Assembly: GCA_965113315.1 (NCBI GenBank)
Contig: OZ220375.1
DNA length: 64,000 bases
Strand: one strand, 5' to 3'
Origin: Podarcis vaucheri
Taxonomy: Eukaryota
The first letter of the stretch is position 1, and every line of letters begins with the position of its first letter. Position numbers and translations under genes: made by a program. A model generated the notes under the pieces. It searched no databases, was not told where the DNA came from, and was given only the letters and a program-made list of their open reading frames with translations. Shown here piece by piece: positions 27,598-40,353 of this stretch.

Positions 27598-27789
27598 CTC
27601 CCTATGATCCAGCCAAACATATATTTTTCTCTCCAGGGTCAACTGTCATTCTGCACCTTTGAAAATAAGCTCGCTAGTAAAAGCTTCCCCACTCCGTGAT
27701 GTCACTGAGAAACCTCCCGACCAAACATAAGCACTTTAAAAAAGTTTCCTTTAAAAAAAGAAAACAAATGCAATAAATGAATGACCACA

Positions 27790-28032
27790 TGAGTTTGGAT
27801 TTGATATCCTGCCTTTCACTCCCCTTAAGGAGCCTCAAAGCGGCTCACATTCTCCTTTCCCTTCCTCCCCCACAACAAACACTCTATGGTGTGTGAGTGG
27901 GGCTGAGAGACTTCAAAGAAGTGTGACTGGCCCAAGGTCACCCAGCAGCTGCATGTGGAGGAGCGGAGACGCAAACTCGGTTCTCCAGATTACGAGACTA
28001 CCGCTCTTAACCACTGCACCACACTGGCTCTC
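27790..28032 (-). mobile_element. tRNA-derived squamate SINE
   Basis: Head GAGCCAGTGTGGTGCAGTGGTTAAGAGCG, core GGGTGACCTTGGGCCAGTCAC. Confidence 0.72.
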
Positions 28033-28616
28033 TCTGTTTCTCTCCCTCCACCCAAGTGGGGCTGATAGCAACTTTGATCGGAAGATGGATTAAAACTACC
28101 TCCCAAACAGCTGCTTTGAATAAATAGAAATGGTGATTGAGTGTAGGTTTGCCATATTCTAGCCCAGTCTGGTATCCTAATTTGAATGCCATGCAAATTA
28201 ATTCCTAATTATAAAGATCAGGTTGAGCTGGAAAATGGTTTTTCCACTCCAAATCTTTCCTTCAAAATTTGCTTAACAGCGTAAGCACAGATTATTGGGC
28301 TCTTCTTAGAATACATGGGAAATATGTAACTGGACTTCCAAAGGATAAATAAAAACATTAAAAAATACTGCAATGTTACTCTAAAAAAGTAATCCTCAAC
28401 TCACTTGCATAGGCTACAATGTCCTTCATAATCTTTCTTTTTTTCTCTTGGACTGAACTTTTCAAAAAAATTCTGTATGTGTATCTCTTTCGGTAATCTT
28501 TATTTACACTTTTAAGTGACACTTTTACCTCTAGAAAGGAGTGTGGGGTACAAAGCTCAAAGGTAGGCTATACACAATTTGGCAATTTAACCTGTTGCAT
28601 TTCTACATGGCAACAG

Positions 28617-29592
28617 GGTTTGGGCTGGGTGTTCATCAGTATGCAGATGATACCCAGCTCTACCTCTCTTTTATATCAGAACCAGTGAAGGCAGTGAATG
28701 TCCTGTTTGAGTGTCCGGAGGCAGTTGAAGGATGGATTGAGAATGAATCCTAACAAGACAGAAGTACAGTAGCACTGCGGCTTAAGTTACCCTCGGCTTG
28801 CGTAAACTTCGGGCTGCGAAAGCGGCAAACCTGGAAGTGTTTTGCCCCGTGCGCATTCACAAAAACGCTCTACTGTGCTCCCTGCATGCTCAGAAGCAGT
28901 CCCCCAAGTTGCGGAAACCTCGGGATTCACAACTGGAGGTACCACTGTACTATTTTTGGGAGACAGGGAGTGGGCAAGGGTGGGGGACTCCCTGGTTCTG
29001 AATGGGGTAACTGTGCCCCTAAAGGACCAGGTGCTCAGCCTGGGAGTCATTTTGGACTCACAGCTGTCCAAAATTCTGTGGTCAGGGCAGGTCAATTCTG
29101 TGTCCCGGGCAGTTGTTTACCAGCTCCATCTGGTACGCAGGCTGAGACCCTATCTGACCGCAGACTGTCTCGCCAGAGTGGTGCATGCTCTAGTTATCTC
29201 TCGCTTGGACTATTGCAATCACTCTACATGGGGGCTACCTTTGAAGGTGACCCGGAAACTACAACTAATCCAGAATGCGGCAGCTAGACTGGTGACTGGG
29301 AGTGGCCACGGAGACTATATAACACCGGTCCTAAAAGCCCTACATTGACTCCCAGTACGTCTCCAAGCACAATTCAAAATGTTGGTGCTGACCTTTAAAG
29401 CCCTAAACAGCCTCAGCCCAGTATACATGACGAAGCGTCTCCACCCCCATCATTCAACCCGGACACTGAGGTCCAGCTCCGAGGGCCTTCTGGCGGTTCC
29501 CTCACTGCGAGAAGTGAGGTTACAGGGAACCAGGCTGAGGGCCTTCTCGGTAGTGGCGCCCGCCCTGCGGAACACCCTCCCATCAGATGTCA
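28617..29592 (+). mobile_element. L2-clade LINE fragment interrupted by a Tigger-like MITE
   Basis: HQYADDTQLY, SRLDYCN, VLTFKALN motifs across ORFs 28541, 28842, 29379. Confidence 0.84.
28767..28947. mobile_element. Tigger-like MITE nested in L2
   Basis: TA|CAGTAG...GAGGTACCACTG|TA. Confidence 0.72.
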
Positions 29593-30133
29593 TCAGCGTT
29601 CAACTGAATTTTTTTCTTATCTTCCCAAGCTCCAACTTCACATTTCATGAAACAGCATGTCATTTTTATAATAAAACACTTCTAAAAATTAATCTCAAGT
29701 TGTTACCAAATGCTTTTTTCTCTTTATTTAAATGTACATTTACCAGCGCCATCATATGAAATATCTTAATCCTGAAGCACTTACTATACATCTTGCATTT
29801 ATATTATTAGTCATGAGTGTAATGCTTAATGCACACATGCTTTTAAGTAAACAATTAGTGATATTTTTAGCATTATTGAACTCCTGAGTGAGTAGCAGAT
29901 TCTTTGCAATTCTGGAAATAAAGTATTTAAAACTAAGATCTGATTTCTCTGCTAGTGACATTGTCAGCTACAAAGAACAACTTTGTGTGAATTCACAGAC
30001 TTGTGAAATTTGATAGAACTTCCACTTTGAACAGCAGACTACCCTGACATATCCAAAACACTTTTTAAAATCCTACTTAAATTTAAAAAGTAGTTTGCCA
30101 TATGGCATGGCGTGGTAGAAAGGAAGGCTACTA

Positions 30134-30363
30134 CAGTGGTACCTTGGGTTACATACGCTTCAGGTTACATATGCTTCAGGTTACAGACTTTGCTAACCCA
30201 GAAATATTACCTTGGGATTAGAACTTTGCTTCAGGATGAGAACAGAAATCGCACGGCAGAGCGGGAGGCCCCATTAGCTAAAGTGGTGCTTCAGGTTAAG
30301 AACAGTTTCAGGTTAAGAACAGACCTCCAGAACGAATTAAGTTCTTAACCCGAGGTACCACTG
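30134..30363. mobile_element. Tigger-like MITE
   Basis: TA|CAGTGGTACCTTGGGTTA...TAACCCGAGGTACCACTG|TA. Confidence 0.82.
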
Positions 30364-30544
30364 TATCTGAGAAAGGGACACTCAAAATTATTTTGGATTT
30401 ACAGTGCTAGTTACACATTTCTTTGGAATCTGGTCTTGGAACATCATTTAGACTGCAATCCTATATACGCAGTTACCCGGGAATAAGCCCCAGTGAACCC
30501 AACAGAACTTACTTCTGAGTAGGCATGTGAGATTGTATTGTTAC

Positions 30545-30711
30545 CTTTTGTGCAGCAAGATGGAGAGCTGTTCTCTGGTTAAGGTCGACTTTATTTACAT
30601 CTATTCCTGTCTTCAACAAAGCCTCAGCACAGTCTAGCCTATCCGCCAACACACAGTACATTAGTGGAGTTCTCCCAAACTGGTCCTCTTTGTCCTTCAG
30701 ATCAGGATTAC
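30545..30711 (-). CDS. INVS: Inversin exon 3 (167 nt) NPDLKDKEDQFGRTPLMYCVLADRLDCAEALLK...RTALHLAAQK
   Basis: tatag|GT acceptor, AAG|gtaa donor; manual translation. Confidence 0.96.
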
Positions 30712-31149
30712 CTATAAGAACAACAAAGTGAATTGCAGTGCTGGCTCTACATAAGTTTTATTAAATATGTACATCTATTGTATATTTTGGGTAGAAAAAA
30801 GTTTGTCTGGTTTCTTATACATTTGGGCAACACTTAAGATCTCTTAAACAAATTTGACATGTTTCCTGAGGTCAGGGATCAGTTTTTTTGTCTGTTTTGG
30901 GATTCTATCCTGGATGACATTTTTAAAGAAAATATCAGACAGTCTTTTAAAAACTGCAAAATATGGACACCACTAAGGATAGTAGTAGTAGTTGTTGTTT
31001 TCTACACCACCTTTTTCCCTGACAGGGATTAAAAACACAGGAAAAAAGCATCATTAAAAAACAATCAAATATTGAGATAATTATATATCTCTATATCTAT
31101 ATCTATCTACACACACACACATTTATACATATGCTATAAAAAATAGTTA

Positions 31150-31477
31150 CAGTGGTGCCTCGCAAGACGAAATTAATCCGTTCCGCCAGTCTCTTCGTCT
31201 AGCGGTTTTTTCGTCTTGTGAAGCAACCCTATTAGCAGATTAGCGCTATTAGCGGTTTAGCGGCTATTAAAGGCTTAGCGGCTTAAAGGCTATTAGCGGC
31301 TTAGCGGCTTAGAAAAAGGGGGGGAGTGGAAAAAAATCAGAACACTCGCAAGACGTTTTCGTCTTGCAAAGCAAGCCCATAGGGAAAATCGTCTTGCGAA
31401 GCAGCTCAAAAATGGAAAACCCTTTCGTCTAGCGGGTTTTCCGTCCTGCGAGGCATTCATCTTGCGGGGCACCACTG
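31150..31477. mobile_element. Tigger/Tc1-mariner MITE with internal (TTAGCGGC)-like tandem repeats
   Basis: Same TIRs as the 5027 copy, opposite orientation; TA flanks. Confidence 0.82.
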
Positions 31478-31706
31478 TACAATGAAAACAGCACAGCACC
31501 AGCCCTTTAATTAAAAGCAGGCCGTTCCCAAAAGCCTGTTGGAACAAGAAGGACAAGGAAGGAGCCAGTCTGGCTTCTCTAGAGAGGGAGTTCCAAAGTC
31601 TGGGAGCAGCCTCCGAGAAGGACCTTTCCCGGGTCCCCACCAAGCTTGCCTGTGAAAGTGGTAGAACCAAGAGAGGGTTTTATCTACATTTAGATACCAA
31701 TGACTC

Positions 31707-33065
31707 GCGGGATATGTCAAGCCTTTATTTGTTATAATTGTGATGATTATGGTGTACAGCTGATGAAAACCCCAAATTAACAATCTCAGAAAATTAGAAT
31801 ATTAAATGAAATCAGCAAAACAAGGATTGCAAATAGAGCAATATTGGACCTCCGAGAAGTAGAAGCATGCATATGTACTCAGTACTTGGTTTGGGCCCCT
31901 TTTGCATCAATTACTGCCTCAACGCGGCGTGGCATGGATGCTATCAGCCTGTGGCACTGCTGAGGTGTTATGTAAGACCAGGAAGCTTCAATAGCAGCCT
32001 TCAGCTCTTCTGCATTGCTCAGTCTCATGTCTCTCATCTTTCTCTTGGCAATGCCCCATAGATTCAGGTCAAGTGAGTTTGCTGGCCAATCAAACACAGT
32101 AATCCCATGGGCATTGAACCAGGTTTGGGTACTTTTCGCAGTGTGGGCAGGTGCCAGGTCCTGCTGGAAAATGAAGTCAGCAGCCCCATAAAGCTCGTCT
32201 GTGGAAGGAAGCATGACGTCCTCCAAAATCTCCTGGTAGACGGCTGTGTTGACCCTGGACTTCATGAAGCACAGTGGACCAACACCAGCTGATGACATGG
32301 CTCCCCAAATCAACACAGACTGTGGAAACTTCACACTGGACTTCAAGCATCTGGCATTGTGTGCCTCCCCATTCTTCCTCCAGACTCTGGGTCCTTGGTT
32401 TCCAAATGAGATGCAAAAGTTGCTCTCATCAGAAAAGAGGACTTGGGACCACTGAGCAACAGACCAGTTCTTTTTTTCTTTAGCCCAGGTAGGACGCTTC
32501 TGACGTTGTTTCTTGTTCAGGAGCGGCTTGACAAGAGGAATACGACATTTGAAGCCCATCTCCAGGATCCTTCTGTGTGTGGTGGCTCTTGATGCACTAA
32601 CTCCAGCCTCAGTCCACTCTTTGTGAAAATCCCCAACACGTCTGAATGGTCTTTTCCTGACAATCCTCTCCAGGCTGCGGTCATCCCTGCTGCTTGTGCA
32701 CCTTTTTCTTCCACATTTTCCCTTCTGCATAACTCTCCATTAATGTGCTTCGATACAGCACTTTGGGAACATCCAACTTCTTCTGCAAATACCTTTTGAG
32801 GCTTTCCCTCCTTATGGAGGGTCTCAATGATGGCTTTCTGTACAACTGTCAGGTCAGCAGCCTTCCCCATGATTGTGCTTCCTACTGAACCAGACTGAGA
32901 GACCATTTAAAGGCTCAGGAACCCATTGCAGGTGTTATGGATTGAATAGCTGCTGCACCTTTTCACAATATTCTAATTTCCTGAGATTGTTAATTTGGGG
33001 TTTTCATCAGCTGTACGCCATAATCATCACAATTATAACAAATAAAGGCTTGACATATCTTGCTT
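31707..33065 (-). mobile_element. Tc1 (IR/DR-type) transposon, outer parts of both TIRs missing, disrupted transposase
   Basis: ORFs 32517..32906 (HTH N-terminus) and 31879..32730 (FSDES, FQQDLAPAH, WPANSLDLN); very similar to 41396-42974. Confidence 0.9.
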
Positions 33066-33979
33066 ACATTACAGAAGGAGGTGGTCTGCCACAGAAATAA
33101 TGGGAGACAGGAGAGAAGCAACACTCTCAAATTTCTGTGGGAGACCACCTGTGCCTTAGTCACTGATTGCATTACCTGGGCAGACTGGTCATTCCTTTCA
33201 GATAGTAAATACTTTAGTTCCTGAATCTATTGACAGTTTGCTCAACTTATTAGAAACCTGCCAGACTAGATTTGCAGGAAGGGGGTAAACCCCCTAGATT
33301 CCAAGCAGTTTTGTTAATGAGATTTGCAAGTGAAAAGACAATTGGAAAGCTTTCCCCATTTCCTCCTACTGAAGTGGAATATTTGAAGTCACTTTGGGAG
33401 AGTAAAAATGGCTTCTAGATTGCTCTTGTGTGCTATTTCAGATGTGTGGTTTATATACTTATGTATTCATGTTTACCTTGTGCATTTATGAACACTTAAT
33501 CAATATTTGATACCTTAGAATTCTTATAACAATGGCCTCATTTGTTGCTAGGGTGGCCAGCAGACTAGAAAAACAGACGAACACAACATGGAACTCTCCC
33601 GTACCTTTCGTTAACAGGAGAAATCAGCAGGTAAAGCTGAACATGAAGATAAGGATTATCACCTGCTCATACCTGCCCATAGAGGGGGAAGTCAGAAATG
33701 AGTAACTATAAATTGGCATATTTCAATGTAGCTGCACTATTAAAAATGCAAACAGATAAATCTGTACTAGGTTTTGAAATCATGAAGGATAGGCAACACA
33801 AAATAGGACCAGTTACATTTATCATTGTCAAGTGGTAAAGCTTTTTCTGGGCTAATCTGCTTCAAAGTGGGGATTACATGTCTAAATGTGCTGCAAGGAA
33901 GTGAGGACAGGGGACCCTGAATTTTTTTTAAAAAGGAAACACAATGGGGGAAGGCTAGGTGGAACCTTTCTCACTGATA

Positions 33980-34218
33980 CAGTGGTACCTTGGTACTCAA
34001 ATGAAATCTGTCCTGGAAGCCCGTTCGGTTCTGAAACTTTCAAAAACTGAGACCCTGTTTCCCATTGGCTGCAAGAGCTTCTTGCACTCAGTGGAAGCTG
34101 CGTCGCATGTTCAGGTTCCGAAAAGCATTCGAAAATGGAAGCATTTACTTCTGAGTTTTCGGCATTCAAGAACCGAAATGTATGACAATGGAGGTGTTTG
34201 GGAACCAAGGTTCCACTG
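33980..34218. mobile_element. Tigger-like MITE
   Basis: TA|CAGTGGTACCTTGG...CCAAGGTTCCACTG. Confidence 0.72.
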
Positions 34219-35109
34219 CATTTAATCTTATATGTGCAGGGAGGGTTTTTTTATGAACAGGTATTATTTAGAATTTTTTTTATCAATTAATTCTGCTGAC
34301 TGTACAAACTGATCTTTAGGGGGGGGGGCTATTGTAACTTTTATAGAGCTGAACAGAAGGGGCAAAAATAAAGAGCAGTATACCTCCCCAAAAAAGATGC
34401 AATTAGTTCAAAAAAGAGAAATTTAAAAACAGTGTACTTCATGGTCTTGGTCACAAGAAGTTATTGCAGAATGTATCGTACAATCTAGCACAGGATGGAA
34501 ACTTAAAAAATAATCACCTTGGCTTGAATCCTAACATTCCTTCTGTGAACATAATAGATTTCCCTCTTCTGACTTCTATTGCTAGTCCTTCTACATGCCC
34601 CAAGAATCCATTCCTGGAGTTGGAGAACCTATGTGATAGTTATGGGGTATGGTACAGGAGTTGCAGATGAAGGGGGGGAATTGGCAGACATCGCCCACCT
34701 CCTATTATTATCCTCAATTTATTAATCATCTTAATTGAGCCTTAATTAATCCTTAGTTTAGCAATCACCTCACGGTGATGAACAATTAAAAACAGGAAAA
34801 AGAGAAGATCAATTTAAAACAAAATTAAAACGATTCAAAATAGACACTCCTCTCAAATACTTATTGATTCAGCTGGAAAATATTATTATTAGTGAATAGA
34901 GGAGCAACTTAGGATCTAAGGCATAGTTCATTTCAAGTACTATCTTACACTATTTATTTGGCTACAAATAATGCAAGTTGTGTATTAAACTGGTTGACTT
35001 CTCAGGCTACAAACCTAAGACCTGAAGCAACAGGTCCATGAGCTCTGCACTACTGAGGTGGCAGGATTCCTAAATGTGCAACATAACGAATGAAACTTGA
35101 AACTTGCAA

Positions 35110-35408
35110 GAGCCTAGGGCTCACCGATCAGAAGGTTGGCGGTTTGAATCCCCGCAAAGGGGTGAGCTCCCGTTGCTCGGTTCCTGCTCCTGCCAACCTA
35201 ACAGTTCGAAAGCACGTCAAAGTGCAAGTAGATAAATAGGTACCGCTCTGGCGGGAAGGTAAACGGCGTTTCCGTGTGCTGCTCTGGTTCGCCAGAAACT
35301 GCTTAGTCATGCTGGCCACATGACCCGTCGCGGGGATTTGAACCGCCGACCTTCTGATCGGCAAGTCCTAGGCTCTGTGGTTTAACCCACAGTGCCACCC
35401 GCGTCCCT
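35110..35408. mobile_element. Two partial Sauria SINEs fused in inverted orientation
   Basis: Plus-strand SINE to ~35327 joined directly to a minus-strand SINE head ending ..CACCCGCGTCCC. Confidence 0.8.
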
Positions 35409-36148
35409 ATTTGTATATATAGCTCACAATAAATAATATTGCACTGAAGAATCTGGAACTCTGAGCATTTCTGCTAAAGCACCGCGAAGAATTCGCGACA
35501 CAGTTCTGAACAAAAAACCTTGCTTAGACTACCCAAAAGACCACAATTCAGTAACTTTGACAGTGTTATCATATTTATGCTTTTGGAAGTATCTCTCCCT
35601 ACCTGAACAGAGCTTCTCTACAGCTTCTATTGTTAATAAGGAAACAGGATACGCACCTCACCATCACAATCAAAGCAGGTTTCTTAGATTGGTAAGGTAT
35701 TTCTAGGATATGCTACCAATCTTTAGGCTCCTCTGGCAACAATGTCCTTTGTCCAAGTATTCGTGTTTTGAGGGCCCCATTGACTTGGGGTTAGTACGTG
35801 GAGGGCTGCATGCCAGCAGTCAGCTGAACTAAAGCAAAAAATGTGCAGAAACAGTAATGGCTGGTGCTCATTGAGGCTAGTATGGTGGAAGGAAGTATGA
35901 CCAACAGGAGGCAGAGCTACAGCAAATGGCAGGAAGAGTCAATTAATTCTAGTTTGTCCCTATCTTCATCCCTGCTGAGTTCCACAAGGGCAACATAAGG
36001 ACTAGCAGGAAGAAGCTGACAGGCAGTGCAACTCCTTGGACTGGTTGTAAAGTAGGGGAAACTGGCTGAGGCCAGGCTGACATTGTCCCTTTCTCTCTAC
36101 TGGACAAGCTTCCACCAGTCAAAAAACAAAAGCATTTTTTATGAACTA

Positions 36149-36809
36149 CCGTATTTTTCGCTCTATAACACGCACCCGACCATAACACGCACATAGTTTT
36201 TAGAGGAGGAAAACAAGAAACGATATATTCTAAACGAAACAGCGGATGTATGATTTTTGTGGTTCATGCTGTGGCCACAGACATGTGGTGAGTTTGGGGT
36301 AGCCCAATGCAAAAATCCTGAGGATCCATGTGGATCCATGCTTTGTAACCACGTTTTTGCACCACTGCAGCCCCAGGCAACAGTGGGTGCGTGATTTTTT
36401 TGGTGCAAGCTGTAGCCATGGACATGCTATGTGATCTGATGGTGAATTTGGGGTGACCCAGTGCAAAAATCCTGAGGATCCATGTGGATCCGTGCTTTGT
36501 AACCATGTTTTAAGTGGGGAGGGAAGAAAAAGCACCCACAAGGGACAAGGAACACACGTGGGGTGGGTGGAGAAGGATGCTGTTAATAATGCAGAAGAGG
36601 GGTATAAGAGGAGAAGGCTGCTCTCCTCTCCCGCTTTGCTGTGTCAAAGCAAGCCACGGAGGAGGGAAGGAAGGGGAACCATGGATCCTCTGCTCACGAC
36701 TGCAGCAGATCCCCCTGCCATCCGTAGGCATTCGCTCCATAACACGCACAGACATTTCCCCTTACTTTCTAGGAGGAAAAAAGTGAGTGTTATGGTGCAA
36801 AAAATACGG
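36149..36809 (-). mobile_element. Tc2/pogo-like element, inverted sister of 10705-11436
   Basis: Same TIRs, TA flanks; near-identical spurious ORFs in the track. Confidence 0.82.
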
Positions 36810-36893
36810 TAATTTCAAAGAAAAACCACCACGCTAGTATTATGGAAAGCAACTGAAAGTAATTCCATACATACACACACCAAGACTTTAGAG

Positions 36894-37493
36894 TAGAGGT
36901 TCCCAGACTTCTTTGGCCTACTGCCCCCTTTTCAGAAAAAAAAAAATACTCAGTGCCCCCCTGGAAATATACCTTCTTTAAGCAAACAAACAGAAAGATG
37001 CACTAACAAACTTGCATTCTTTGATGTATCTAGATTTCTACCTATGTCCTAAGACATTGCTGTAAATAAGACACCTTGAAGCTTGAAATTATAAAACCAT
37101 TTATTAAAACAACCATAGTAACATCTGCATTACACAGAGAAAATGATGATAACAAAGGATAATATTAAAATAACAAATTACAAATAACACTTCCCAAGCC
37201 TGGGTTAACCCCAAAAGGGTTCACTCAAGCCTGGGAAAAACACACAACCGCCAGATCCAGGAGAAGCATTCCCGCCATCCTGCAGCGGCGCCGACCTGGC
37301 GGTAAGTGTCATTACACAACAGATGAAACCTGTAAGAACAGTTCTTCAAAATGTTCTTCTCTTCTACCTTTATGCTTCCACCACTCCCTTATTTTTATCC
37401 CAATGCCCCCCAATTGCACCCAAGGCTACTGCCACCCCCAGGATTGTTCCAGTGTCCCCCAAGGCGCAGTACCACCCACTTTGGGAAACACTG
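36894..37493. mobile_element. 600-bp non-autonomous hAT-Charlie element
   Basis: Ends TAGAGGTTCCCAGACT / ACTTTGGGAAACACTG; perfect TSD CTTTAGAG (36886-36893, 37494-37501). Confidence 0.82.
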
Positions 37494-37810
37494 CTTTAGA
37501 GTTTTACACACAAGAATGGAAAGAGGAAGAGAGAGTTGGCAGAAGCCTCCCAATCTGTTCTCTGATGGGCTGGGCAGGGGATCTTCCTAAGCCACAGAAT
37601 CAAGAAAAAGCTAAAAACAGAACTGCAACTTAAATACTATTGCTTCTCATGGATTTGAAATGACATAAAAAGACAGGGATGGGATTAAAAACAGCATGAG
37701 GAGAAAGTCAAAGATAAATGCATAACAAATTTGGAATCTGGAATATATATGTGAAGATTTTAAAGTTTAATAAAAAATTGACTCTGAAAAGCCAGGGGAA
37801 ACATTTTTAC

Positions 37811-37916
37811 CTGCTATCTGTTTTAGAAGAGCACTCTTATGTCCATTAACAGCAGCGGCGTGAACTTGAGATGCTAGTGAGGAGCCACTGAGCAGCCAAG
37901 CCTCAGAAACATTCAT
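37811..37916 (-). CDS. INVS: Inversin first coding exon (exon 2; exon starts 37945) MNVSEAWLLSGSSLASQVHAAAVNGHKSALLKQIAG
   Basis: 106 coding nt; tgcag| acceptor before 37945, G|gtaaaa donor; inversin N-terminal SSLASQVHAAAVNG. Confidence 0.95.
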
Positions 37917-40174
37917 ACTCTTCTCTGAGAGTTCAGATGTTAAACCTGCATCGCATAAAAACATTATTATTATCATTATGATAACAATGATGGTTACTAT
38001 AACTTTGTGCAAAAAAGAATGTAGTTTTATTGATGCAACACTCAACATATTTTCATACTTTAATTACATTTTTTCATTTTTCATTTTAGATTTTCAAAGC
38101 TTGACTCTTCTATACAAGCTTTACATAGCAATGGATTCAGTTCACAGCTACGTAGTTATCAATCAAGAACCTCTGCTATTATTTTAATGTAAACTACTTC
38201 ATTTGTCCCACAAGCCCACTTTGTTTCGACATACTTGGGAGTTAATTTGAACTCCCATACTGAGCATTTAGGACCAACAAGTGGCATTAAATTTGCACAT
38301 TCAATTCTGTGAGGAAGAGAAAAATAAATGATTTATATTCATGGCAAACCTGATTCAAAAAGATGCTGCTACAGGGCAATATGCTACAGTGGAAAGACTA
38401 ACGCTTAGGCAGACAATTTTGTCACCATAGGGAGATGGAAAAATGATTAGAAGTCTTAAAGTCTCATACAACCACATGACTAATCATGGATCAACATGAA
38501 TAGATATTAAATAATAAACTTGGGGGAAATAAGGAAGTTTAAGCAATGTTTCAGCAGAGCCAGCGACAGAGAGCACTGTAGCTATTAGATGCAATGAGAA
38601 TTTGAGATGGTGAGCACAGAAATGGATTTGGGACACCTATATAAAATTATTTCTTAGTCGTGAAGCTCATGGGCTGGCCTTTGGCAATTGTGCTTTAAGC
38701 TATCTCAAACAGGGAAATGGGAGGGTCGGGATTCTGGTTCCCTAGCACCCATCTCCTCTCTATGTAAGGCACACTATCCACCTCCATCTATGTCTATCTC
38801 TGCAATAGGACTTGTTTTAAGTTTATTGTCCACGCAACACAGACTTGGGTAGCCCATGTAGTTTTCAACAACTAGCCACCTTGTTATTTTATATTTCTGT
38901 GCTGATACTTCATAACACAAGCCCATTTCTCCTTACTGTCCACCATTTTGTGTAAACAATAAACACTGTGTAAATAAAGATTTTATTTTGTATTCATCAG
39001 TTCTTGCCATTTCCTTCAAGCAAGCAAGACAATATTGACATCTCTTGATTAGTAGTAAACTAGTGCAATAACCACTGCAATGTGATTATCATCTCCAGAT
39101 TAAAGGTTATCTAAGGGTCAGTTTCATAAACACATGTGTATTTGAGGATACACACAAGCAGATCTATTAACAGCTTTTCAACAGGGCAGGCTGTTTGAAG
39201 CATTACTGTCTAAGTTTTGTGACAACTTCACTTCCATTTTGTTTCCAAGCCCAATGCAAAGTGTGTTTTGATTCTTAAAGTCTTAAATGCTCTGGGACCA
39301 GGATACGGGCCAATTTCTCCTATATAAGCCTGCCCACACATTATGCTCTTCCTAGTTTGTGTGTTTCCACACAGCTTGAGGTACAGTAGGTACAACAGGC
39401 AGAGTCTTTTGGATAGCGGCAAAAATGAATGAGAAATTTAATGTTAATCATTGTTGTCTTACAATGACTTCATTGGTTGACTGTCATTTTATCATTTAAA
39501 AATTCTTCTATCATACTATTAAACTTTCGCAAGCTACCATATCGATCCATTGTAACCTAAAGCAAATAAATGGACTTAAATAAATAAATTATAATTTGTG
39601 GCCCTTTATTTATTATACTGAATATATCAGTCAAAGCTAAGAAAAATGAATCTTCGCTTGCTCAGAGGTTTTAATGGACAGGGCAAATTTCTACAATGTG
39701 ACCAGGCAACTTTACTTGTAAAAACTCAATAGCACTAACTCTCTTAATGGACCTCATGTAGGGTGGCCAGATGCAAAAAAAACAAAAGAAAAGAAAAGGG
39801 CTCCTGCAATATTAACAATTGTATGGAACTACACCTGCAAGCTGCACCAGCTGAAATGTTCACTTCTACACAACTTTAAAGATGAAGGAGTCCTGCCCTT
39901 TCCCCCACCTGGCCACTCAACCCCCAAAACTTATCTCTGTACAAATCCCCAAGTGTTGTGGTGGGAGCAATACTGCTGCGACCCAAATTGTCCACCTTCA
40001 GCAGCAGCAGCAGCAGCCCAATACTCTGAAACTGAGCATGTAAAGCTTTTCCAGGCATGAAAATAAGTCCTGAGCTGCTTAACTTTTGCATCTCATGCTA
40101 TTATTAAAGTTCTAGGAATGGCACCCGGGGGGGGGGGGAGAGAAACCCAACTTCATGTGATGCTCATTCACATA

Positions 40175-40353
40175 CCGTATTTATTCGAGTCTAACATGCC
40201 ATTAAATCTAAGGCACATCTCAATTTTCAAAACCTTGAAACCCAAAAAGTATTTGCTGGCAAATGTAAATTCGCTATTGAATCTAATGTGCACCCTAATT
40301 TTCACAACATAATTTGGCCAAAAAAAATGTGCATTAGACTCGAGTAAATATGG
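40175..40353. mobile_element. Tc2-like MITE
   Basis: TA|CCGTATTTATTCGAGTCTAA...TTAGACTCGAGTAAATATGG|TA. Confidence 0.75.

Noticed and set aside
31230-31312. Regular short repeats (TTAGCGGC) as a CRISPR-like array
   Set aside because: Eukaryotic intron, no unique spacers; internal minisatellite of a MITE family
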